Source of the DNA: Candidatus Saccharimonadales bacterium
GTDB taxonomy: Bacteria > Chloroflexota > Limnocylindria > Limnocylindrales > CSP1-4
Direction: 5' to 3'
Length of the DNA: 41,981 bases
Assembly (NCBI GenBank): GCA_035629655.1
Contig: DASPHN010000022.1
Coordinates: forward strand, 1-41,981
Shown: in pieces, positions 34,241 to 41,981 of the stretch
Numbering within the stretch: position 1 is the first letter of the stretch
Layout: each line of letters starts with the position of its first letter
Translations under genes and position numbers: made by a program
The notes under the pieces: model-generated
Seen by the model: the letters and a program-made list of their open reading frames with translations, nothing else
Database searches by the model: none
What the model was told of the DNA's origin: nothing

Positions 34241-35410
34241 ATGATCCGCGTCACCGACCTGGTCAAGATCTATCCCAACGGGAGCGTGCGCGCCGTGGAC
34301 GGCGTCTCCTTCGAGGTGGAGGAGGGCGCGTTCTACACGCTGCTGGGGCCGAGCGGCTGCGGCAAGACGACGACCCTCCGCTGCATCGCCGGCCTGGAGC
34401 GTGCGGACGGCGGATCCATCGACCTGGGCGACGTCACGGTCGTCTCGGACAAGGTCTTCGTCCCCACCTACCGACGCGACCTCGGGATGGTCTTCCAGAG
34501 CTATGCCGTCTGGCCGCACATGACCGTCTTCGAGAATGTCGCGTTCCCGCTTCGGGTCGGCGGCGAACGGGTCAAGCGCGAGACCCTGCGCGACCGGGTC
34601 GAGAAGGCGCTCACCCTCGTCGGACTCGAGCAGTACACGACAAGGATGGCGACCCAGCTCTCTGGTGGGCAGCAGCAGCGCCTCTCGCTCGCGCGGGCGA
34701 TCGTCCGGGAGCCGAAGGTGCTGCTCCTTGATGAGCCGCTCTCGAATCTCGACGCGAAGCTCCGCGAGCGGATGCGCGGCGAGCTGTCCGTGATCCAGCG
34801 CCGGCTTGGGGTCACGACCCTGTTCGTCACGCACGACCAGGTGGAGGCGCTGTCGATGTCGGACCGCATCGCGGTCATGGACAGCGGCCGGATCGCCCAG
34901 GAGGGCAGCCCACAGGAGATCTACGGCAACCCGGTGAACGAGTTCGTGGCGAGCTTCATCGGCTCCACGAACCTGTTCCTGGGCACCATCGACGGCCCCT
35001 CCGCCACCGACCCGGGGCGGGTCAGGATCACCACCGAGTTCGGATCGCTCGAGGCCGACGCCAACCCGGCGATCGACATCGGCTCGAAGGTCATCGTCGC
35101 CATCCGGCCGGAGGACGTCGTCCTCCATCGGGACGGCGGCGTCGCGCCGACCATGCCGAACCGATTCGAGGCGAAGGTCGGGATCGGCCTCTTCACGGGA
35201 AACTCCGTCGAGTATTACGTCGACGTCGACCGGACCCTGATCCAGGCGCGCAGCCCGTCGCGCCACCCGCTGAAGCGCGGCGACGCCGTGCACATCGAGT
35301 TCCCCGTCGACGCCCTCAAGACGTTCGTGCTCGACGGCGAGCCCAAGGTCCGGATCGGGAGCCGCCGGCTGGCGACCCTGGCCCGGGTCGACGATGACGG
35401 CGACGGCTGA
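34241..35410 (+). CDS. ABC transporter ATP-binding protein (PotA/FbpC/MalK-like, with C-terminal TOBE-like domain)
   Basis: GPSGCGKTT, LSGGQQQR, LLLDEPLS. ATG 34241 (MIRVTDL) is preferred because GAGGG lies 10 nt upstream. Confidence 0.92.
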   Translation: MIRVTDLVKIYPNGSVRAVDGVSFEVEEGAFYTLLGPSGCGKTTTLRCIAGLERADGGSIDLGDVTVVSDKVFVPTYRRDLGMVFQSYAVWPHMTVFENVAFPLRVGGERVKRETLRDRVEKALTLVGLEQYTTRMATQLSGGQQQRLSLARAIVREPKVLLLDEPLSNLDAKLRERMRGELSVIQRRLGVTTLFVTHDQVEALSMSDRIAVMDSGRIAQEGSPQEIYGNPVNEFVASFIGSTNLFLGTIDGPSATDPGRVRITTEFGSLEADANPAIDIGSKVIVAIRPEDVVLHRDGGVAPTMPNRFEAKVGIGLFTGNSVEYYVDVDRTLIQARSPSRHPLKRGDAVHIEFPVDALKTFVLDGEPKVRIGSRRLATLARVDDDGDG

Positions 35411-37172
35411 CCAGGGGGCGCCGCTGACCCCGCCCGTGCGAGCGGCACGGCCGGCGAGAGTCGCCCGTTTCGAGTCGAGGACCATCGCGATCATCGGGAC
35501 GGTCGTCGTCCTGTGCTACCTCGTCCTCGGACCGGTCCTGATGCTCGTGGTGAGCAGCTTCAAGGGGACCGACGGGACGCTCCCATTCGAGTCCGGCGTG
35601 CCTTGGACGCTCGACAACTACATCACGGTGCTCACCAACCCGGCGACCTACGAGGTCCTGGGCAACACCTTCATCTTCGCGATCGGCGCATTGGCGCTGA
35701 GCTTCTCGCTGAGCATCGCGTTCGCCTGGCTCATCGAACGCACCGACATGCCGCTCCGGAACGCCCTCTTCGTGGTCATCGTGGCCTCGATCGGCATCCC
35801 CAACGTCATCATCGGGATCGCCTACGCACTCCTCCTGAACCCGACGAACGGGCTCGTCAACCTCGTGCTTCGCGACGTCTTCGGCCTCGACACGCGGCTC
35901 GGCCCGCTCAATGTCTACACCCTCCCGGGCATGGTCTTCGTGCAGGGCGTCACCCTCGTCCCGATCACGTTCCTGCTCATCGCCGCTGCCTTCCGCGGGC
36001 TCGACGCCGCGATGGAGGACGCAGGCTCGACGTCCGGCGCGACGTTCCGGACGGTCATCCGCAGGATCAGCCTGCCGCTCCTCACACCCGCACTGCTGAG
36101 CGCGCTGGTCTACCAGTTCGTCAGCGTCATCGAATCGTTCGACATCCCGCTCGTGCTCGGCCTGCGCGGCGGGATCACGGTCCTCAGCACCCAGATCTAC
36201 ATCGAGTCACGTCCGGCCGGTGGGCTGCCCGACTTCGGGCTCGCAGCGGCCTACAGCATGCTGTTGCTGGCGCTGGCCATCGGCCCGCTGCTCCTCTACA
36301 ACCGCGTGATCGGCAACTCGGAGCGCTACGCCACCATCGGCGGTCACAGCTACACGCCACGTCGGATGCGGCTCGGCTCCTGGAAGTGGCCGTCCGTGGC
36401 GCTGTCGCTCACGTTCATCACGATCAGCCTCCTCCTGCCCGGGCTCGTGATGCTGTGGACCAGCCTCCAGCCGTTCTACGCCATCCCGAGTGCGGAATCG
36501 ATCGCCCGCATCTCGCTCGACGCGTACGCCGACGTCCTGACCGATCCGCGGTTCCACGAGGCGGTCGTCAACACCCTCATCCTGGGTGTCTCGACGGCCG
36601 TGCTGGCGATGGGCGTCGGCCTGTCCGTGTCGTGGGTCCTCGTCCGGACCAAGAGCCGCCTGCGTCCCCTGCTCGACATCCTGGCCTTCACCCCCCACGC
36701 GATGCCCGGCGTGATCATCGGCCTGAGCGTCCTCCTCATCTACCTGATCCTGCCCGTGCCCATCTACGGGACGATCTGGATCATGGTCATCGCCCTCGGG
36801 ACGCAGTACATCAGCATCTCGACCCGGCTCATGACGGGTGGCATCAGCCAGGTCCAGAACGAGCTCGAGGAGGCGGCCGCCGTCAGCGGGGCGTCGTGGT
36901 GGCCGTCCATCCGGCGGATCGTCTTCCCACTCGTCCTGCCGGCGGTCATCAACGGGTTGCTGCTGGTCTTCCTGCTCGCCATCAAGAACCTGACCCTGCC
37001 CCTGATCCTCTACACCCCCGAGACCGTCGTCCTGTCCACCCTGCTGTGGACCTACTGGGACCGTGCCAACACGGCCGACACGGCGGCGCTCGGCACGATC
37101 CTCGTCGTCATCACCCTGATCCTCGGCACCCTGTTGCGGCGCTTCAGCCGCGAGGGGCCTCAGCTCACCTGA
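35394..37172 (+). CDS. ABC transporter permease, duplicated 12-TM type (FbpB/ThiP-like)
   Basis: 592 aa with two BPD-transport halves. The start overlaps the ATPase gene end by 17 nt. Confidence 0.88.
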   Translation: MTATADQGAPLTPPVRAARPARVARFESRTIAIIGTVVVLCYLVLGPVLMLVVSSFKGTDGTLPFESGVPWTLDNYITVLTNPATYEVLGNTFIFAIGALALSFSLSIAFAWLIERTDMPLRNALFVVIVASIGIPNVIIGIAYALLLNPTNGLVNLVLRDVFGLDTRLGPLNVYTLPGMVFVQGVTLVPITFLLIAAAFRGLDAAMEDAGSTSGATFRTVIRRISLPLLTPALLSALVYQFVSVIESFDIPLVLGLRGGITVLSTQIYIESRPAGGLPDFGLAAAYSMLLLALAIGPLLLYNRVIGNSERYATIGGHSYTPRRMRLGSWKWPSVALSLTFITISLLLPGLVMLWTSLQPFYAIPSAESIARISLDAYADVLTDPRFHEAVVNTLILGVSTAVLAMGVGLSVSWVLVRTKSRLRPLLDILAFTPHAMPGVIIGLSVLLIYLILPVPIYGTIWIMVIALGTQYISISTRLMTGGISQVQNELEEAAAVSGASWWPSIRRIVFPLVLPAVINGLLLVFLLAIKNLTLPLILYTPETVVLSTLLWTYWDRANTADTAALGTILVVITLILGTLLRRFSREGPQLT

Positions 37173-37230
37173 ACCCGGTGGTGAAGGGCGACGAGTGCTC
37201 GACCTCGCCACGATCGTCAAGGAGGAGACC

Positions 37231-38376
37231 ATGGAAGCTCGGATCGGAACCCGCCGCTGGTGGCGGAGTCTGGCCCTCGGTGTGGGGATGGCGATGTTCA
37301 TCGCCGCGTGCTCCACACCCGGGACGAGCCAGGCGCCGTCGACCGCGCCAACGACCGCAGCCTCGGAGGCCGCTCCGTCGGCTGGCGCCTCGGAGGCTGC
37401 TCCGTCGGCTGGCGCCTCGGAGGCCGCTCCGTCGGCCAGCGCCTCGGGCGAGGCCCTGGCCGAGGTCTGCGCCGCGGCCGTGACCGAGGGCAAGCTCGTC
37501 CACTGGCACAACCACTCGGACAACTTCAGCCAGGTCATCGACGCGTTCAAGGCCGCCTACCCGGGCATCGAGGTCGAGGACCTCGTCCTCAGCCCCGACG
37601 AGGCCGCTCAGCGCATCCTGACCGAGATCGCGGCCGGTCGGCCGCCGACCCCGGATCTCACCGCGACCGGGCTCGATGTCTTCAAGCCGCTCATCGACCG
37701 CGGCGCGGCCGAGACCGACGTCGATTGGGCCGCCCTGGGCGTGCCGGCCGACGTGCTGCACCAGGACAACTTCGTCCGCATCCATCGCATCGCGCTCGGG
37801 CTCGGCTACAACACCGACGCGCTGACGCCCGACCAGCTGCCGAACACCTGGGAGGAGCTCGTCGACGCCAAGTGGGCCGGCCGGGTCATCGTCGACCCGC
37901 GCGGTCGCCCGTTCGACACCATCGGCCTCGCCTGGGGCAACGAGAAGACGCTCGACTACGTCCAGCGCCTCAAGGACATCGCCCAGCCGCTCGTCATCGA
38001 GGGCGGCACGGCCGGCCTCGTGGCCGTGGCCGGCGGCGAAGCGGACATCACCACCGGTGGCCGTTCGGCGGAGACCCTCGAGCAGCAGGCCGAGGGCGCC
38101 CCGATCGGCATCAAGTACCTCGATGTCGTGAGCACCATCGACAACTACAACGTGCCGCTCAAGGACGCGGCGCACCCGAACGCGGCGAAGTGCTGGATCG
38201 GGTGGTTCTCCTCGGAGGGCCAGGCGCTCTACGACGAGATCGAGTTCAAGACCAACGAGGCGGTCCCCGTGGACGCCCCTGCGGGCGCGACGATCGTCAC
38301 GATCGAGACGCCGGAGCAGGCCGACACGGTCAAGGACCTCGGCACGGAGATCGGACGGATCTGGACGGGCGGTTGA
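37231..38376 (+). CDS. Extracellular solute-binding lipoprotein (Fe3+/thiamine/polyamine-type family 1 SBP)
   Basis: AAGGAGGAG lies upstream of ATG 37231. N-terminal RRWWRS followed by lipobox FIAAC, then an Ala/Ser/Pro repeat linker and the SBP body. Confidence 0.85.
   Translation: MEARIGTRRWWRSLALGVGMAMFIAACSTPGTSQAPSTAPTTAASEAAPSAGASEAAPSAGASEAAPSASASGEALAEVCAAAVTEGKLVHWHNHSDNFSQVIDAFKAAYPGIEVEDLVLSPDEAAQRILTEIAAGRPPTPDLTATGLDVFKPLIDRGAAETDVDWAALGVPADVLHQDNFVRIHRIALGLGYNTDALTPDQLPNTWEELVDAKWAGRVIVDPRGRPFDTIGLAWGNEKTLDYVQRLKDIAQPLVIEGGTAGLVAVAGGEADITTGGRSAETLEQQAEGAPIGIKYLDVVSTIDNYNVPLKDAAHPNAAKCWIGWFSSEGQALYDEIEFKTNEAVPVDAPAGATIVTIETPEQADTVKDLGTEIGRIWTGG
37360..37440 (+). repeat. In-frame 27-bp tandem repeat x3 (ASEAAPSAG) in the SBP linker
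   Basis: Units at 37360-37386, 37387-37413 and 37414-37440 differ by 1-3 nt. Confidence 0.95.
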
Positions 38377-38430
38377 GCTCGTTCGCCACTGACGTGACGC
38401 CTGGCCAGCGGGTCGGGCGTCACGGCCCCC

Positions 38431-38458
38431 ACACCCCGGGCGGTGACGCCCGGGGTGT
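38431..38458 (+). terminator. Perfect 12-bp stem / GTGA loop hairpin after ABC-2 operon
   Basis: ACACCCCGGGCG-GTGA-CGCCCGGGGTGT, 55 nt after the SBP stop. There is no U-tract, which is common in high-GC genomes. Confidence 0.55.
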
Positions 38459-38485
38459 CGCGTGGGTGCGCCGCGCCGGCCGCCC

Positions 38486-39859
38486 ATGAGCGACGCGACG
38501 GTCGGGGGGCCGTCGACGGCCCAGCCCGACGGGGACTGGCGCCGCGGATTCATCCTGCAGCTCCTCATCGCCGGCATCTCGGTCACCGCCATCCAGGCCG
38601 GCCGCCCGATGGTCACCTACCGGTCCCTCGAGCTTGGTGCCACGCCCCTCGAGATCGGCCTCGTGGTCTCGGCCTTCTCGATCCTGCCGGTGCTGACCGC
38701 CGTCGCCATCGGGCGTTGGATCGATCGCATCGGCGAAGCGTGGTTCCTCGTCGCGGCCATGGCGATGATCGCCTCGGGCAGCTTGGTGACCGCGTTCGCC
38801 GGGACGCTCCTGCTGCTCGCCGTCGGCAACGCGATCACCGGCTTCGGCCAGATCACCAGCCTCGTCGCGGGCCAGACGATGATCGCCAACCGGGGGCCGC
38901 GCGACCGGCGTGAGGACCGCTACGGCTGGTACTCGACGGTCGCCTCGCTGGGCCAGCTGCTGGGGCCGGCCATCGCCGCGATCCTGGTCGGCGGTGCGAT
39001 CGCGAGCGCTGCCGAGATCGGCGGCATCCTGCCAGAGGGCGCGGACAACCCGGTCGCCCCGGTCTTCCTGTTCGGCGCGCTTGCGGGGGCCGTCTGCGTC
39101 GTGCTGGCCCTCATGCTCCCCCGGCGACGGCCGCCACGGCCCGCCCACGTCGAGGGCGATGCCCCGTCGATGGGGCTTCGAGCTGCCACCTCGCAGGTCC
39201 TCCGTCGCCCGGGGATGGTCTCGGCGATGCTCGTGAGCGTCACCGTCATCTCGTCGGTCGACGTGCTCATCGCATACCTGCCGGTCTACGGCCAGGCGGC
39301 CGGTCTCTCGGTCGAGACGGTCGCGATCCTGCTCTCGGTGCGAGCCGGCGCGTCACTCATCTCGCGGATCTTCATGACCCGGCTGATCGACGTGCTGGGC
39401 CGGACCCGGCTGCTCACGATCAGCATGGTGATGGCCGGGGTCTCCGTCGCGGCCCTGCCGTTCATCACGTCGGTCCCGGTCCTGTTCCTGCTCATGGTCC
39501 TCATCGGACTCGGGCTCGGCCTCGGTCAGCCGATGACCATCGCCTGGGTCGCCAACCGCTCACCGCGCAACGAGCGGGCGCTCGCCCTCGGTGTCCGGTT
39601 GACCGGCAATCGCGCGGCCCTGCTGATCGTGCCGACGATCATGGGCGCGATCGCGGGGGCCAGCGGCATCACCGCGATCTGGCTCGTCCTGGCGGCCTTC
39701 CTGGGCTTCGGGGCGAACGTCGCGCGGCGAGCCCCGCTGGACGACCCTCCGAGTCGCCCGTCCGATCCGACGAGCCCCGTGCAGCCCGTGGCGCAGCCGG
39801 AACCGTCGCGGCCCGGGTCGCGGACCGGCATGCCTGGTGAGGTCGAGCTGCCCGCCTGA
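38486..39859 (+). CDS. MFS transporter
   Basis: About 12 hydrophobic helices and a GRWIDRIG loop (the MFS D-R-x-G-R-like motif). Start at ATG 38486 or GTG 38462. Confidence 0.85.
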   Translation: MSDATVGGPSTAQPDGDWRRGFILQLLIAGISVTAIQAGRPMVTYRSLELGATPLEIGLVVSAFSILPVLTAVAIGRWIDRIGEAWFLVAAMAMIASGSLVTAFAGTLLLLAVGNAITGFGQITSLVAGQTMIANRGPRDRREDRYGWYSTVASLGQLLGPAIAAILVGGAIASAAEIGGILPEGADNPVAPVFLFGALAGAVCVVLALMLPRRRPPRPAHVEGDAPSMGLRAATSQVLRRPGMVSAMLVSVTVISSVDVLIAYLPVYGQAAGLSVETVAILLSVRAGASLISRIFMTRLIDVLGRTRLLTISMVMAGVSVAALPFITSVPVLFLLMVLIGLGLGLGQPMTIAWVANRSPRNERALALGVRLTGNRAALLIVPTIMGAIAGASGITAIWLVLAAFLGFGANVARRAPLDDPPSRPSDPTSPVQPVAQPEPSRPGSRTGMPGEVELPA

Positions 39860-39875
39860 CCGGCCGGCGCGATCC

Positions 39876-40430
39876 TCAGTCGGCGGCGGTCTCGCCCTCG
39901 GCCGCGCCGGGACCGACGCGGCCCTTGGCGTCCATCACCGCGTCGAGGATCTTCACGTAGCTCCCGCAGCGGCATAGGTTCCCGGCGAGGTAGTGCTTGG
40001 CCTCGTCACGGGTCGGGTCCGGCTGCTCCTCGAGCAGGGCCTTCGTCGCGAGGAGGAAGCCCGGCGTGCAGTACGAGCACTGGAACGCGGTGTGGTCCAC
40101 GTAGGCCTGCTGGATCGGGTGCAGCGAGCCGTCCGCGCCCTCCAGGCCCTCGACGGTCACGATGTCGCGGCCCTCGGCCAGGCCCGCGAGGAGGAGGCAG
40201 CCGGACACGGGCGCGCCGTCGAGCAGGACCGTGCACGCGCCGCACATCCCGACGCCGCAGCCCTCGCGCGGCCCGGTCAGCCCGAGCTCGCCGCGGAGCA
40301 CCTCGAGGAGCGTGTGGTGCGTCCGGGCACGGACCGTGTGGTCGCGGCCGTTGACGTGGAGGGTCAGCGTCGACTTGCCCTCGGCGTCCATCGGTGCCGG
40401 ATCGGTCCCGGTCGTGGGTTGCATCGTCAT
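39876..40430 (-). CDS. [2Fe-2S] small subunit of a second xanthine-dehydrogenase-family hydroxylase (set 2)
   Basis: CGVGMCGACTVLLDG and QCSYCTPG...NLCRCGSY. ATGA overlap with the large-subunit stop. Confidence 0.92.
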   Translation of the reverse strand: MTMQPTTGTDPAPMDAEGKSTLTLHVNGRDHTVRARTHHTLLEVLRGELGLTGPREGCGVGMCGACTVLLDGAPVSGCLLLAGLAEGRDIVTVEGLEGADGSLHPIQQAYVDHTAFQCSYCTPGFLLATKALLEEQPDPTRDEAKHYLAGNLCRCGSYVKILDAVMDAKGRVGPGAAEGETAAD

Positions 40431-41981
40431 GGCGCCGGGGCCTCCTCGCTGGCACGCGCCCGCAGGCCGCGCAGCACCTTCTCGGGGGTGATGGGCAGAT
40501 CCGTGATGCGGACGCCGGTCGCCCGGTAGACCGCGTTGCCGATGGCCGGCATCACGGGCGGCAACGACGTCTCGCCGATGCCATGGATGTCGTTGGCCTC
40601 GAGATGCTCGAGGACGTCGGGATGCATGTCGTCGGGCAGGTCGACGATGCTCGCGATCATGTAGTCGGCGAGGTTGCCGTTCTGGAGCTGGCCGTTGTCG
40701 AAGATCATGTCCTCGAACAGGGCCTGGCCCAGCCCGAACGCGATGTTGCCCTCGGTCTGGAGCTCGGCCTGGACCGGGTTGATGATCCGGCCGGCGTAGA
40801 CCCCGGCGTGGTAACGCAGGACGTCGACCTTGCCCGTCTCGAGATCGACCTCGACCTCCGCCGCGCCTGCCGCCTGGTGCCAGTGGACCGAGCCGATGCC
40901 CTGGCCCGTCTCCGGGTCGAGCCCGCCCTCCGAACGGAAGGTCGAGCTGCCCAGGAGGTTGCCCGAGCGAGAGCGGCGCACGAGCTCGCCGAAGTCCACC
41001 GCCCGGTCCGGGGTGCCCTTCACGCGTACGACACCGTCGACGAGCTCCAGGTCGTCGGCGTCGATCTCGAGCTCCTCGGCCGCCAGATCGCGCAACTGAC
41101 CACGCACGTCGTCCACGGCGCCCATGATCGCGGTGCCCATCGCGTGGGTCGTCCGGCTCGAGCTCGTCTGCTGGTCGTACGGCGTGATGTCGGTGTCCGG
41201 CGCCGTGACATTGACCCGGTCGACCGGGATGCCGAGGCGCTCGGCGGCGAAGAGGGCCATCGAGGTCTGCATCCCCTGCCCCATCTCGACCGAGCTCGTC
41301 AGGACGTCGAGGCTGCTGTCGTCGTTGAGCTTCACGGAGGCCGTCGAGGTGGACGGCGTGACCGTGCCCTTGATGATGCAGCTGATGCCCTTGGCCCGGA
41401 CCTTGGAGCCGTTCCGCGCCGGCGCTTCGGCGTTGTCCCAGCCGATCCAGGTCGCCGCCCGATCGAGCAGCTCCTTGAAGCGCGCATCGAACATCGGCTC
41501 GCCGGTCATGACCGTCTGGCCGTCCTCGAGCAGGTTCTGCATGCGGAAGGCGAACGGGTCCCAGCCCATCTGCTCGGCGATCATGTCCATCTGGGTCTCG
41601 TAGGCCCACGCCGCCTGGCTGACGCCGTATCCGCGGAATGCCCCGGCCGGGACGATGTTCGTGTAGACCGCGTACGAATCCACCCACACATTCGGGATGA
41701 AGTGCGGGCCGCCCGTCCCGTAGCCACCGTTCTTGATGAGCCGTGGCCCGATGTCGCCGTATGCCCCGGTGTTGAAGTGGCACTCGCTCTGGCGCGCGAT
41801 GATCGTCCCGTCCCGCTTGACGCCCGTGCGGAGCTTGATCCGCACGCCGTGCTTGGTGATGGTGACGAACTCCTCCTCGCGGGTCAGGTGGAGGCGGACC
41901 GGCTTGCGAGCGAAGAACGACAGCATCGCGGTGACGGGCTCGATCTTCGGGTAGGTCTTCGCCCCGTAGCCGCCGCCGAGC
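40427..41981 (-). CDS. Molybdopterin-binding large subunit, set 2 (N-terminus beyond window end)
   Basis: The frame stays open to nt 41980 (LGGGYGAKTYPKIEPV precedes the listed Met). YTNIVPAGAFRGYG and GIGETSLPPVMPAIGNAV motifs. Confidence 0.9.
   Translation of the reverse strand, partial: LGGGYGAKTYPKIEPVTAMLSFFARKPVRLHLTREEEFVTITKHGVRIKLRTGVKRDGTIIARQSECHFNTGAYGDIGPRLIKNGGYGTGGPHFIPNVWVDSYAVYTNIVPAGAFRGYGVSQAAWAYETQMDMIAEQMGWDPFAFRMQNLLEDGQTVMTGEPMFDARFKELLDRAATWIGWDNAEAPARNGSKVRAKGISCIIKGTVTPSTSTASVKLNDDSSLDVLTSSVEMGQGMQTSMALFAAERLGIPVDRVNVTAPDTDITPYDQQTSSSRTTHAMGTAIMGAVDDVRGQLRDLAAEELEIDADDLELVDGVVRVKGTPDRAVDFGELVRRSRSGNLLGSSTFRSEGGLDPETGQGIGSVHWHQAAGAAEVEVDLETGKVDVLRYHAGVYAGRIINPVQAELQTEGNIAFGLGQALFEDMIFDNGQLQNGNLADYMIASIVDLPDDMHPDVLEHLEANDIHGIGETSLPPVMPAIGNAVYRATGVRITDLPITPEKVLRGLRARASEEAPAP

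Noticed and set aside
37360-37440. Possible CRISPR-like or other non-coding repeat array
   Set aside because: The units are directly adjacent with no spacers, lie in frame inside the SBP gene, and encode an Ala/Ser/Pro linker. No cas genes are present.
1-41981. rRNA, tRNA, tmRNA, riboswitch, transposase/IS and prophage genes
   Set aside because: Reading both strands showed no cloverleaf-like conserved tRNA segments, no rRNA-like tracts and no DDE/tyrosine-recombinase-like translations. This was not verified with tRNAscan or Infernal.

Overview
High-GC (about 70% by eye) bacterial chromosomal window. F420/LLM-type enzymes, frequent GTG/TTG starts and 4-nt start/stop overlaps suggest an Actinomycetota- or Chloroflexota-like organism. 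I found no rRNA, tRNA, CRISPR array, transposase or integrase. About 43 protein genes are supportable. The many long Arg/Pro/Gly-rich ORFs antisense to them are high-GC artefacts.

Almost the whole window reads as one large catabolic and transport island:
- two molybdenum hydroxylases of the xanthine-dehydrogenase family (a coxS-M-L-G-like set, and a second large+small pair cut by the window end)
- two UbiD-family (prFMN-type) decarboxylases
- a single-Cys arylmalonate-decarboxylase-like Asp/Glu-racemase-fold protein
- a bicupin with a His/Gly-rich linker, a 4-oxalocrotonate-tautomerase-like protein and a DAO-type FAD oxidoreductase
- an isochorismatase-type amidohydrolase and a cyclic amidohydrolase (dihydroorotase/hydantoinase-like)
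- a divergent dihydroorotate-dehydrogenase-like flavoprotein and an orotate-PRTase-like protein
- asparaginase and aspartate dehydrogenase
- a PrpF-like isomerase, an isocitrate-lyase/PEP-mutase-family lyase, two LLM oxidoreductases, an SDR and a ThDP enzyme
- two ABC importers plus EamA, TauE and MFS transporters

The strongest non-genic signal is a recurring AT-rich 16-bp near-palindrome (GTATrC-N4-GyAyAC). It sits just upstream of nearly every transcription unit and flanks the only regulator, a FadR-type GntR. This implies one regulon for a probably undescribed N-heteroaromatic carboxylate (pyridine- or pyrimidine-carboxylate-like) degradation pathway.

A stand-alone DUF262 (ParB/GmrSD N-terminal-like) gene and a small Cys-rich ORF sit at the tail of the main catabolic operon. 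The small ORF overlaps the FAD oxidoreductase stop codon. All functional calls rest on motif recognition in the translations. No database search was run.
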